A stretch of DNA of 64,000 nt from Vicugna vicugna (Eukaryota), in the NCBI GenBank assembly GCA_013265495.1, contig MU058423.1, positions 1,563,061 through 1,627,060 of the forward strand, given 5' to 3'. A program made the translations under genes and the position numbers. Positions 38,908 through 51,400 of the stretch are shown in pieces (position 1 is the first letter of the stretch; each line of letters opens with the position of its first letter). The notes below the pieces were generated by a model. That model did no database searches and was not told the DNA's origin. It saw only the letters and a list, made by a program, of their open reading frames with translations.

Positions 38908-40229
38908 TGATGCAAACTTCATTTGGCTTATTATGAAGGTATTTTTCCCAACTTCTAACCAACCCAAGTATCAAGTATGCTTGTCCTTTAGTTCTGTGTT
39001 GCATTTGTCTTGGAGAATGTATTACATACGCTTTTGATCCAAGCATTTTGATCTTTCACTTGTGGGAAAATGTCTTTCCACAGAGAGGAAGAATAATTTT
39101 TTTTTCCTGGGATAAGTGGAGATGATATAGCCCTTCAAAAAACCTCTCTCCCTCTTATTACTCCCTGGGATGTAATTAACTTAGGACTCCCTTTCTCCCA
39201 TTCAAAATATCTTATGAAAACAGCCATTTCCTCCTATCTGCAACAACAATTTAATTAGTCCAAGACACCAATCTTGGGGACTGTAGCAGCTTCCTAACTG
39301 GTGTCTATACTTATATTTTTGCTTACTTCAATTCTTTACTTTGTGGGTAGAAAAAAAAATCTCTCTTTTCTTATTAAGATCTTTCTGTGACATCCTTATT
39401 ATTAGGAGAAAGTCCTAAATCTCTACAAGTCACTACATGATCCCACTATAACTCCCTCAGCAGATTCATTCTGCCTACTCTCCTGCTCATTGGACTTCAA
39501 TCTTGCTAGCATTCCATAAATTCTTAAAAGACACTATGCTTCTTTCAATTTTAGGGTCTTTTCATGGGCTGTTCCTTCTGACCACAAAGTTCTTACCCCA
39601 AATTATCATTTGTTCCATTTTTTTAACATGAGTGGTTCTATGGGTTATTTATTTCCATCCTTATATTTTCAACCTCTGTCTTAAACGGCTCTCATTAATA
39701 TAATTTCATTAAATTCCTTCAGTCTAATATAAAAAACTTCATTTTCCTCTTCAGCAAATTTGTAATTAATTTATTTTTTATTTAAATCTATCATCTTACT
39801 TTGGTTTTGTATTTATCCTGTGGTCTTGTTTTATTTCTCTCTCTTTTCTTGGTTTCTTTTGGATTTTCTTAGTTTATATTTCCACTCTTCTCATACTGGA
39901 ATCAAAGTTATGCTTTCTATTTCTACTCTTTTAGTAATTGCCCCATAAGTTAAAATATATGTTGATTTTAATCTCCTTTTGAGGCTCCTGGGGAGAAATT
40001 TCTCTCATACTTTAACATTAGAATGGTGTTGCTTTTCCTGAGCTATTTGCTTTTTCCCAAGGGTCACAGTTTTCAAGGGTTGTAAGTTTTTATCAGGTTT
40101 TACCAGGTTAAATCTGTTATTTCTCTCAGCAAACACCTACATGGAATGCATTTTCAGCTTTCTGTCCTAAAGGAAACAATTCTAAATATTGAACATTGAA
40201 AAACTATTTAGTATAAAGTATATAACATG

Positions 40230-41617
40230 TTTTTTCCTAAATATACCTACCTATGATAAAGTTTAATTTACAAATTAGGCCCAGTAAGAGATTAACAACA
40301 ATAACTAATGATAAAATGGATCACTTATAACAATATACAAGTTATGTGAGTATTGTCTCTCTCTCAGGATATCATATTGTACAAATGTAATACCTTTTCT
40401 TAACACTTACCATCCACCATGGCTGTGACTTTTGCAATTTGAGGTACAACAGCAAAACTAGCATGAATTTCTTTTTCTTTCTTCACAATTTCATGCATAA
40501 ATTTGTTCTTACCATAGTTCTTTACAACTTCAGCATAAAATTGTTTTTCTTTCCTTTTTGCCAACTAAAAACTGACACTTGCCATCTACCTCTGCTTGGA
40601 TTAAATCATGAGCCACTGCAGCCACTGACCTTCAATACTCCCTGAAAGAAGTTCAAGGTGAAGATCAGGAATGGGGTACTCTATGCTCTGGGGAAAACTT
40701 GCAGAACAGGCCTTCAGGTAGTTAGATATTTTCAGAAAAATTTATGAGCCCTAATTCTTGCATCTCCTCATATTTAGAAAATCACAAAAATCATTAACGA
40801 TGGCATCTGCTTCTTGTGACTAGTAGCAAGCCTCTGCCTAAATGTGTTTTGACTGCATGTAATCTCCCTTCACTAAAATCATATATAATACTGAGTTCTC
40901 CTCTGCCTCTTTGGAGCAGTTACTCAGAGCTAATTAAAATGCTGTCTCCTAGGCTTTAGTCCTCATTTAGCCCCACTTAACTCAGAACTCTCATGTTGTG
41001 TGATTTTGTTTCAATCGACACTTTTTAAGTTGAGAACTTTCACCTTTTCCCTTAAAGGAAATATTTTATGGTTTAAGAGGCAAGGTAGGTACACTTCAGA
41101 AAACTCAGAAAAACTTTTGTATCCATGGGGTGTCACATGGCACTTATCATATAGAAATAAAACTTAACTCACAACTCTCATGTTGTGTGATTTTATTTCA
41201 GCCAACACTTTTTAAGTTGAGAACTTTCACATTTTCCCTTAAAGGAAATATTTTATAGTGTCTCTTTGGCATATACTAAATTCGCAGCATCACTAATCTT
41301 GTGCTTTGGGATCATTATTAAGTAAAATAAGGGTGACTTAAACACAAGTACTGTGACAGTGGGTCTGATAACCCAGATAGCTATTAAGTAAGTAAAGGGT
41401 GGTCTACACTGGGCAAAGGAGTGATTCGTATCCCAGGCAGGACAAGTCAGGACAATGGAAATTTCACGATTCACCATGCTACTCAAAAGAGCATATAATT
41501 TAAAACCTATGAATTATTTATTTCTGGAATTTTCTATTTAATATTTTTAGACCACAGTTGATTACAGGTAACTGAGGCCATTGGAAGTAAAGCCACAGAT
41601 AATGGGGAACTACTGTA
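40230..41617. mobile_element. Tigger2-like DNA transposon fragment interrupted by an LTR
   Basis: gataaagtttaatttacaaattaggcccagtaagagattaacaac; terminal ...cagataatggggaactactg followed by TA resembles the Tigger2 TIR. Confidence 0.75.
40559..41020 (+). mobile_element. Solo ERV1-like LTR (MER41-like 3' part)
   Basis: TG...CA ends flanked by CTTTT direct repeats (40554-40558, 41021-41025); ttggagcagttactcagagcta...gctgtctcc. Confidence 0.7.
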
Positions 41618-43449
41618 GTTCTATAAATATTTTAAATAAAAAAATACCCAATTACATGAGCATGATTTGGTCACTTATGGAACAGAGAATGATAAAATGT
41701 TATGCATCTAATTAAAAAGATGAGCTCAAAAGATGAATAATAACTAGAAATGCATGTGCCACTATAAAAATAACAATGTAAAAACTTGCACTGAACATTC
41801 AGAATGGTCTCAAATGTGTAAAGCTACATATTCTACATACACATGTAGAATGTGGAAAACCACAAATATGTAGATCTAGATGTTTTCCATAGGTGCTTAG
41901 AATTAATGGGTTTATGGGTGTTTTTTTTCTTTTTCTTTTCTAATCTTATAATCAGAAGACAAACTTTACCTTAAACATTTGTTTTTGTTTTGTTTTGTTT
42001 TGTTAATTCTATACTGTATCATAGTGTAACTAGGACAGGCACAAAGACAGAAGATTCTGCTATACTGGGTCAAAGATAAAGGCAGAGGCAGATCAGTACC
42101 CTGGACAGCTCACAGGAAGTAAGGCTTTTCCTGAGGTGTGGAAAACAAGTTTTAATCCTAATAATGTGAAATTTATGGAGCTGGCTATATGTAAGTAAAA
42201 TATTATTTTAAAAGCATTCTTGCCTACTTTTTGCCAGCTTTTCCCTTGGAGCTATGGGGTCAACTTCATATTTTCAGGCTTTTCTTTGAAACAAGGGCTG
42301 ATATTGTAGACTATAAAGGTCAAAGTCAAGGAGATTAAATTAAAGGAAAATGATGGAAAACAGCAGCCAGCATCTTGGAGAGTAGGGTAATTGTTGCAGG
42401 AATTTATCCCACTTACCTTAGCCTAAACACAGAGTTCTGTTTGGTTGTTTTTAATCACAGACTGTTCTAGATATCACTAGCTAATCTGTTTAACCCTGGC
42501 TGTATATGATCTTACAATATTATTCAGTCTTCAACAGCAATTTTGATTAAGAGCTACTTTCTTTTTCTCCCCCTTTCCTCCTCCTTTTCTTTTTCTTCTT
42601 TGTTTTATAGTTACTTTCCTCTCTCTGAGATCACTGTGAGAAATATACTGATAGAGCAGAGAAAGCTGAATCTTTTATGGGTTTGGACTAGAACTGTTTA
42701 GTGATGTCATGTTACAATCATAGTAAAAGATGTCAAGATAAATGAGAATGAAGCTTTATATTAACTAGAGTTTTAAAAGATTAAAAATCTTTTAGAAACC
42801 AGAGGAAAATTCAAATGGTTTCTCCTAAAACATGTTGGTTAATTATAATTAACAAGGAAGAAATCTAAATTCTCCCTGGAAACATTAAAAAAAAACTGCA
42901 TAATGGCCCATACATGCCCCCAAGTCATGTTGCAATGAGGAGAATGACCTCATGCTAAGTTTAATGGATCAAAAAGATACAAACAAGCCTGGGTCCTTGT
43001 GCCATCTTTGATTCATGGTATCATCTCTGGATTGCTTACTTCTGGGCTTCTCAGTATTTTAGAAAAAAATAAACCTAGAATTTTTAAAAGCATTTTAGAG
43101 GGTTTCTCTAACTCACAGCTATACACCTTCTTCTGAAAATGGAAGGTGATCACTCTTGAACTGGGTTCATTAAGTACTTAGCATTTATTTACTATCTGTT
43201 TCTATATGATAGGCACTGTGTGGCACCCCATGGATACAAAGAAGGTTGTTCTGAGTTTTCTGAAGTGTACCTGCCTTGCCTCTTCAACTGTTGGGAGGCT
43301 GGGATGGAATAGGCATTCCTGTGTCTTATTGGTCTTCAAAGGGTTGCACAGCAACAGCAGAATACTGTGAGCTTGGAAATAATTTTAAAGAGAGGATATG
43401 GACTCTGGTCACGAGGATTCTAAAGTCTAGTAACAAGAAATTGATGTTA

Positions 43450-43690
43450 CACAGTGGTTAGGGGTATGCACTCTGAAATTCAAGTAGGAGGAATTCTGGC
43501 TCTACCACATATTAATTGGAAGACTTAAGTTAGTACGTTGACCTGCTAAACCTCAATTTCTTTAACTGTAAAATGGGAATGACAATAGTAGCTACCTCAT
43601 AGAACTATCATGTGGGTTAAATATAGATAAAGCATTCAACAGTGTTGAATGAGCTAGGTGCTCAAAATGTGAGGTATGACTATGATTATT
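43450..43690 (+). mobile_element. MIR SINE (similar MIRs at ~22335-22510, 27700-27890, 51895-52130, 52290-52530, 52940-53155, 59680-59850)
   Basis: MIR core cctcaatttctttaactgtaaaatgggaatgacaatagtagctacctcatag. Confidence 0.8.
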
Positions 43691-46600
43691 ATTATTTAAA
43701 TAAAAACATAAAAATAGAGATATAGTCTACATACATTAGAGGGAGAGATGACTTATGGATTGCTCTGAAAGATGGGGAACAGATAGAGTGGGTCAGGGAA
43801 AACTTCATGAAACAGCTATATTTTAGCAGTAAACAAAAACCTGTTTAGCCAAATTCCATTCTAGCCATCAGCCAAGTTATTGGCTATAATGAGTGATGCA
43901 CAGCCTGGAGAACTGAGGACCAGTCCTGGGACTCATGACTTAGTGACCGCATTGCCATCTGACAGAAGCATCAGAGGACTCAATCACAAAGCTTGCTGCC
44001 ACATATCTAAGTTTCATACTCCCTGAGGGTGTCCATTTGTAAGTAATACACTCTCTTTTCAAAGAAGGAAGATCTTTAACTGAAACTGCTGTATCATTCA
44101 CTTTCTTCCAAGCACCCACATTTAAGTAATTTTAAGAAGCTGCCCATAGGGGATTATATTTAGTCATTCTAGTAGTATGTATAGAGAAGGAGCTGATTCC
44201 TAAATCTTAATTATATAAACATAATCATGGGCTATTTTCTCATTAAAACCAGATAAATCTTTTTTTTTAAATCTGAATTCCCTGTTGTTTAATGCTCCTA
44301 ACTTTTAATGAAGTCCCTCTGGGTTTAAGGTCAATTTAAACGAAGAGAAAGGTATGAAACTTTTAAACAATGATTTATAGAACATTATAAGTATTTATCT
44401 AAGTTCCCTCCCCTTACCAGTATACTCTAAAATCATCAATTGTTAAAAGCTGTCAAATCTGCTCTCTTCTTAAACTAAGCTACCCCAGGATGAGAGATAC
44501 AGATGTCTAGAAAAGATTTTCCCCTCTATTTGTGTTCCTTTACCAACCGTCCCTCTCTCATTCATAAGCATGGATTAGGAAGGTTCTGGATGATTACTTG
44601 TGTTATTCCCTTAAGGGGTAGAGTTAGATAGTTGCACGGTTTCTTTAGCAGTTTAATCATGGCAGAACTCAGATGCTTTCTCTGCATTTTTAAAAAATAT
44701 TTCTCCAGTGGTTATAGACTGCTTCAGTATCTCCAAGCATTAAAAAAAATTTTGAACAACTAGACACAAAAGCAGACAAAAAAAGCAAGGGTTTCCTCTG
44801 CGTTCCTCATCAGGGTGGAAAGCTTCCTAGAATTTCCCCAGGAGACTACTGCGTGTATTTCAGCCAGGCTTAGGTCTATCTTATGTACAAAGCTTTGGCA
44901 TTTGACTCACCAATGTAATTTTCACTTTTATCATTTTATGAAAACTTCAGTGTCAAAACACCCTAGCATTCCAGTTTCTTGACCTCCCCCTTTTTTCAAT
45001 CACTGTATTCCTGACCACATCTTTTGCATTATCACATTCCATCTCTGAAATGATGAGGATAATGACTAAAGCCTCATGAACTTCTATTTCTCTCCCTCTC
45101 TGACTGCCATCATACTTGTGGCTGACATTGGCATTCAGTTACTTGGCCTTTGCCTCCCTCTTGTCCTCAGAATTCAACAGCCCCCTGCAAATTTTACTCT
45201 TACCTCTCTCCAGCTGAGACATGTATGGTATAACCCTCTGTTCTCAGCATCCTCAGCTCTCTTGTCTCAGGGGTCTTCCTGTGACATCTGCTCAACATGG
45301 AGGAACCCACCAAACATCTGGCCTTTCTACTCCTATTTGGACTGAAGGCAAACATAGGACAAACATGCAGACTTTAAATATATGGTGTCAATTCTCCACT
45401 GCACTGCTTGGATATTCTCTTGCATACTAGAAGTCAGCCTTTTCTCTTATTTTCAATGTCTGTTTACAATATTTACTTCTCTCCTAAATCCCAAACATTA
45501 CATCTATTTCCTATCTTTTGTCAGATAGACTTGCTTCCATTTCAAGGAAAAAAATTAAAAAGTTTGTGTACAGAAGTAACAATAGTCATTTATACACATT
45601 ATTAATAAGATAGTGAATCCACAAGTCTTTAGTTTGTTTATAGAGAAAAAATTTGAGACTTTTCTGAAACAAAGACAATATATATATTCACATAGGGATG
45701 CCTGCAATTTACCATAAAATGTGTAAAAATAAGAAGGATTGCTAAATAAATAGAGGGATGGATAGATAAGGTAAAGCAAATACCATGTTATAGATAGAAT
45801 CTAAGTAGTGGATATGCAGATGTTCATTATAAAAATTATTTCAACCTTTATGTATGTTTGAAGATTTTTATAATAAAATGTCAGTGACTGATTTATATCT
45901 TCAGAAATCAGAGATACTCATTTAAATATTATTATCTAGGGGCTACCAATTATTAGACAGCATATGAAAGCAGATTTTAGGTTGCAGCAGTCCTCTCTGA
46001 AGGAGGCTGTCACAAAAATATGTCCTTTGTTGTATGCACAATGGAAGGCTAACTTTTATTTGTTAGTTAGTTACTTAGTTAGCTAATTTTCAAACAGAAA
46101 ATGGAACAAAATGGTTACAACTTAAAAATTTTAACACAAGTCCTTATACTGGACACAGTGATAGATTCAATATTATTTTAAGGTTATTGGTCCCCAACTT
46201 TATCTTAACATTTTTTCTTAAATGGCTGTATTGTCTGGAGTTTCACTTTATTTCGCATCTGCATCAACAGCTCTTTCCTCCCTTTTGTCTTTTCAAAATT
46301 TCCTTCACAAGGAGCTGCTAATCAGATGGGCCATATTCTCAAAGTTACTCCCAGGAATTCCATTTGTCAGCACTGGATGAAAAAGAGTAGGTTTAAGGAA
46401 AGCTAGAGACTTACAAATAAAAAAAATACTATTTTAACATGTGAAATGTGGGGTAAATCATATTCTACCTCATTAGTTGGGTCAAGTCTGGGAGCCATGA
46501 AAAAGAAAGGGTTCAGGAGATGGGGGAAGAAGGGGGAAGTCTGGAGAAGGTGAAGACAGATAACACTTTATCAAATGGCTCTAGAATGATAGCCATGACA

Positions 46601-47789
46601 CCCTAAAGTATTTGGGGGATAAGACAGAGCTTATATAAATAGTTGACTTTTATATTTGTTTTTCTTCTTGAGAATCTACGACCCTATGAGATACTGTACT
46701 CCAATTGTGAGACCAGCCAGGCATTAGGAGCCCTAGGTCCTGCTCAAACAGGAAGGGACAGAGGATGGTCAGGAGGTCACCCAAACAAGCAACCATCTGT
46801 CCTTTCCGTCCCAGATGTGAATTTTTTGTGGAACAGTATAATTAGCCACTGCATCAAACTCCTTAATTTGTATCCTTGGGTTTTCTTCTCTCTCATCACA
46901 TATTTCTTTCTTTCATCTCCATGTCCCATTCCATTCTCCTCTTCATGGGCAAGTACTCTAACACATTAATAAAAATCTTTAGTTTTTATGAATTCATGCC
47001 AAATATTTTAACTTACCTAAATAACGTTGATATACTATATATGACTCACATAAAATAAGTATTATATATATACAGTGTATAATATATAATACATACTATA
47101 TATTTCAAGACATATAGCACACACTATATATACTATTCCATACTTATTTCACTGAAGATTGTTTTATATATGTAGAAGCAGTTGCTTCTAACTGCTGCTG
47201 AGTGCTCTCTGCCTTGGGATTTAGAGCAGTCTCCAGTGCAAGTATTCATGGTATGCTGCGGTCATTTTCCCAAAGACTCTTTCGTGGAGCACCTTCATCA
47301 TTCCACTCATCTGCTCGGAAGGCAAGCCCTGACAGCTCCTTCTCCAGGACCTGTCATCCACAGAACTCAGCTTCACTACCCCCAGATGCTGAGGTCCACA
47401 TTCTTACATAGTTGATACTACACAGTAGTAGAACCTCTTCTCCCTGGGTACAGTGGCACTTTATCTGTTGGTAACTTTTCAGGGGCTCCCTTTGAAAACT
47501 CGATGAAAGTTATGAGCATCTCCACATGGAAATGCCCATTTGCACATACACACAAAATTTTGCACTTAACTTCAGAAGGTTCACTGACTTCCAGAATCCT
47601 ATTCATGCACCTCTCAAGATTTGACAATCCCAGCTCTAGGGTTGTTTGCAAGTGTTCAACAAGTAATACACAAATTAAATTGAAGATAGAATTGTTAAGA
47701 AAGATCAGGGGTGATTTCATAAGTTCTTTTAAATAGTGTCATATATGAAATATAAATCAGTCAAGTTTAGCTGTTTCTTAAAGTTATTT

Positions 47790-48410
47790 TAAAGTCATAT
47801 TTATTGAGATATAACTTTTATACTATAGGAAAATTCATCCTTTGTAAGCTTGCATATTGATGAGTTTTGACAAATACAATCATGTAACCACCACCACAAT
47901 AAAAAAGAGAAAAATTGTTCTATCCTCTAGAAAATTTCCTTTGAACCGTTTTGTAGCAAATTCAATCCCTCCCACATACACATACCCCACTTTGGCAACC
48001 ACTGATCTGATTTTTGTATCTATAGTTTTGCTTTTTCCAGAATATCATATAAATGGAATCATGCCATTTGTAGACTTTTGTGTCTGGCTTTTTTTTCACT
48101 TAACCCTATGCTTTTGAGAGTCATCCATGTTTTTGCAAGTTAACAGTAGTTAGTTTCTTTTTATTTCTGAGTTGTATTCTATTGTGTGAATACACCACAA
48201 CTTATATGTCAATTTATAAGTTTATGGAAATTTGTGTTGCTTCCAGTTTTCACTACTAAACTGACATACAGATATATAGACACATGTTATAAATATTTAT
48301 GTATGGGTCTTTGTGTGGACATATGCTTTCATTTCTCATGTGTAAATGCTTAGGACTGGGGTTGGTAGATCATATGGTAAATATATGTCTAACTTAGAAA
48401 GAAACTGTCT
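47790..48410 (-). mobile_element. L1 3' fragment (L1MB/L1MC-like)
   Basis: ggcaaccactgatctgattttt, ttgtgtggacatatgctttcatttctc. Confidence 0.8.
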
Positions 48411-51400
48411 TAAAGATATTTTAAGAGAAAATTGAAAATTTCTTATGGCACATCTGAGAAATTGAGCCAGATACATAAGACCACTGAGCCTCAGTTTTCT
48501 CATCTGTAATGTGGTGATAATATCTACTTTATAGAGTTGACATTAATTAAATAGCTAAATAAATATTAGTGAGCCAACATACTTAAAGGATTAATGAGTT
48601 CAATAAATAATACTCAAAAATTGCTACAAACACAAAATGAAATTTTGACTCTATTGCCATCTGGTGGCAGTATATAATATTTTCAGAAGTAGATTCTATT
48701 AAAGGATGTATAACCTTCAATAAAAATGTAATTAACAGAAAAAATATATATAACCCATTTAAATATCTCAAATGGGATGAAATCTCACAACTCTCCAAGA
48801 CTGTCAAATGATGGCTGTCGGAAGTCCAAAGTGCTCTGTGTAAGAAGCCTCCACCAATATCTGAGCTACATTGTATCTGGAAAAGAGAAAAAGTACCTCA
48901 CATGGACACACAGGCACAGCCAGCGGGGGAGCATTAGCCCTTCCTGGGGCCTTCCAGCGTGCACACTGTATTCTCCTCTTCTAAGAAGTCTGAGGGTAGG
49001 GCCATCCACAACATCTCAACAGATTAGAAGTATCAGATTGGGACCACTCTGTGCTTTTGTACTTTCATAATTGTCCCAGCTTAGTGGTCTTGAAGAATGA
49101 GCCTCAGTAGACAATTAGAGAGTGAGTTCGAGTGTGGGAACATGATTTTGGGAGACAAATTCCCTAAAGGTGAAAGAGAAAGGATAAACTGCAACATGAC
49201 CATCCTGAATTGTATGCGCTGAGGGTGCAGAAAACCAGGAATTATTGACAGCCCAGAGTGAGAGTGTGGGATAGTCCAAGATCCACCATTTATTCATTGA
49301 ATGCCTATTACGGATGTCAGAAACTTACTGGATGAATGGGCAATTGAATACACATTGGGTCTGAAAGCAGATACTCAACAGTCTGGCTTTATGAGCATGA
49401 CTCACATGTGACGCCTAGGGGGAAACGACCCCAGAATTCCGTGGGTGGCTTCTCCAAGCTGGCCAGGCAAATCCCCAGGCAGCCAGTCCTTTGCTACTTC
49501 TCCTTCTGCTGAACTTATCTATTGTGTTGTATTAAAACCAGGTTTCCCTCTGGCTTGGTGGTGTCAAATCCTATCCAATGAGGATTTTAGGAAAGCTAGG
49601 GAGTTGAAGTCTGTTCTGAATGATGCCCTAAAGCAGTTTGAAGAGTGTATATGGCTCAGACCATCAGGAACTTTGGGCCGGAGTCAAGCACCAGCCTTTG
49701 CTCAATTCCTGCAGCACGTCCTCTAACCCAGCAGAGTCAGTCTCTTTGCAAGGGATAGAATCCATCACCACCATCAAAAACACACTTCCTTGGGCTCCAT
49801 TTCTAGATTTTAAGAAAGACAAGATTCACATGGAGGACAGCCATGTGTGTAAGAAGGGTAGCCTGCTGCCTAAATGGCTGAAACTATGTGTATATATGTT
49901 GGAAATTCATAAAATTTCTAGAATTTATCTTTGGATATTTTTCAATTTACTGATTCTTTCCTCAAACTGTTTTTCTCTTTGAGCTCACTTAATTTATAGA
50001 CTTTCTCTCAATTTGTCCTTAGTTCTTTGTGTATGTTCTCTACCACTCCTTCTCAAGGCAGTGTGTTTCCTTATGTGGCTTATAATTTTTTTTTATATCA
50101 TGAGCTCATCTTCAAAGAGAGTTGTTTTCCATGGAAGTCCCTCAGATCCTGGGACCTAGGAACCATCTTGGGAGGCAGTTTCAAATTTCCCTACTGTGTT
50201 CCTCTAGGTTTCATTGGTTCCAGAGAAATTTTATAATATATGTTGATTCTGAATTTCTGTACTCCTGGGGTATGCAACTGTGGAGGTCATTTATGCTGAT
50301 CTAGCTGATCTGATTTTCTAGCCATATTCTCATGAGATTATCAAGCTTTCTTGTAGTGTTCCTGGGCTATATCTTTCACAGATAAGAGACTCCCAGCTTT
50401 ATTTCCAGCTGCCTGAGATGCCGAGGTCTTGGTCTCATCAGCCATTCCTCTGCTGCCCTTAAAATCCCACTATCCTGGCATTTATCTGGTTCTGATACCC
50501 TAAAGGCACTCAACTTTCACTACCTGCTTCCTTCTCAAGTTTTGTGGTTCATCTTCATTTCTAGCACCTGGGAAATTTGCTTTCTTATTTTACTCAAGAC
50601 TTCCATTATAAGTAAAATTCTATCTATAATATCTTATCTGTTTGGGGGGGGGGAGGAATTACACAGCCAATTCAAATGGTCACATCATCCACAAGTTCCA
50701 GAAAGATCTTTCTAAAATTCAAAACATCATATTCTCCTACTTAAAAGTTCTTCAAAACTGTTTCATTGACCTTGAGATAAAGTCTGGAATCCCTTACCTG
50801 GGAAATTAAGAAAAGCAGCTTAGAGCTTGACCTTAGTAGTTCAAATGATTTGAGTCTGTATCCAAGTATTGTTTCTTAATTTTGTGACTTTGTACAAGTT
50901 AGTGTCTTAGCCATAGTTTCCTCATCTGTAAAACAGAGATAATTTCAGCACCTACTTCATAGGATTACAGTGACCTTTGAGACAAGGTTGTGATCATCTG
51001 CAGAAGTGGGATGAACCTTCACTTGAAATTTGAGATTGATGGTGTTACAAATGCCCCAGGAGATGCTGAGACTGATGATGCCACACACACACACACCAGA
51101 AGGGTGTGAGACGCTCCATTACTCACATAACGAGGATTTCTAGGGGGAAACAAAGCAAACAAAAAACTCTCTACTCTAGGCTCTGAATCTCCCACACAGT
51201 CTATTTCCTCTCCTCCACATCACCTGGAAGAATATTTAAAAGGTAGCAAGAAAAGGAGATGCCAAGGTAATAATGAAAATTGGCACATAACCAATGCAGT
51301 TCTTTTGTCGGAGAATTGTCCTCACCATGTGTCCGGCTGGATAACTTATGTCCAGGAACTCATTTTGAAGGCATTTCCTTGGCTGGAGGAGGAGGAGGAT

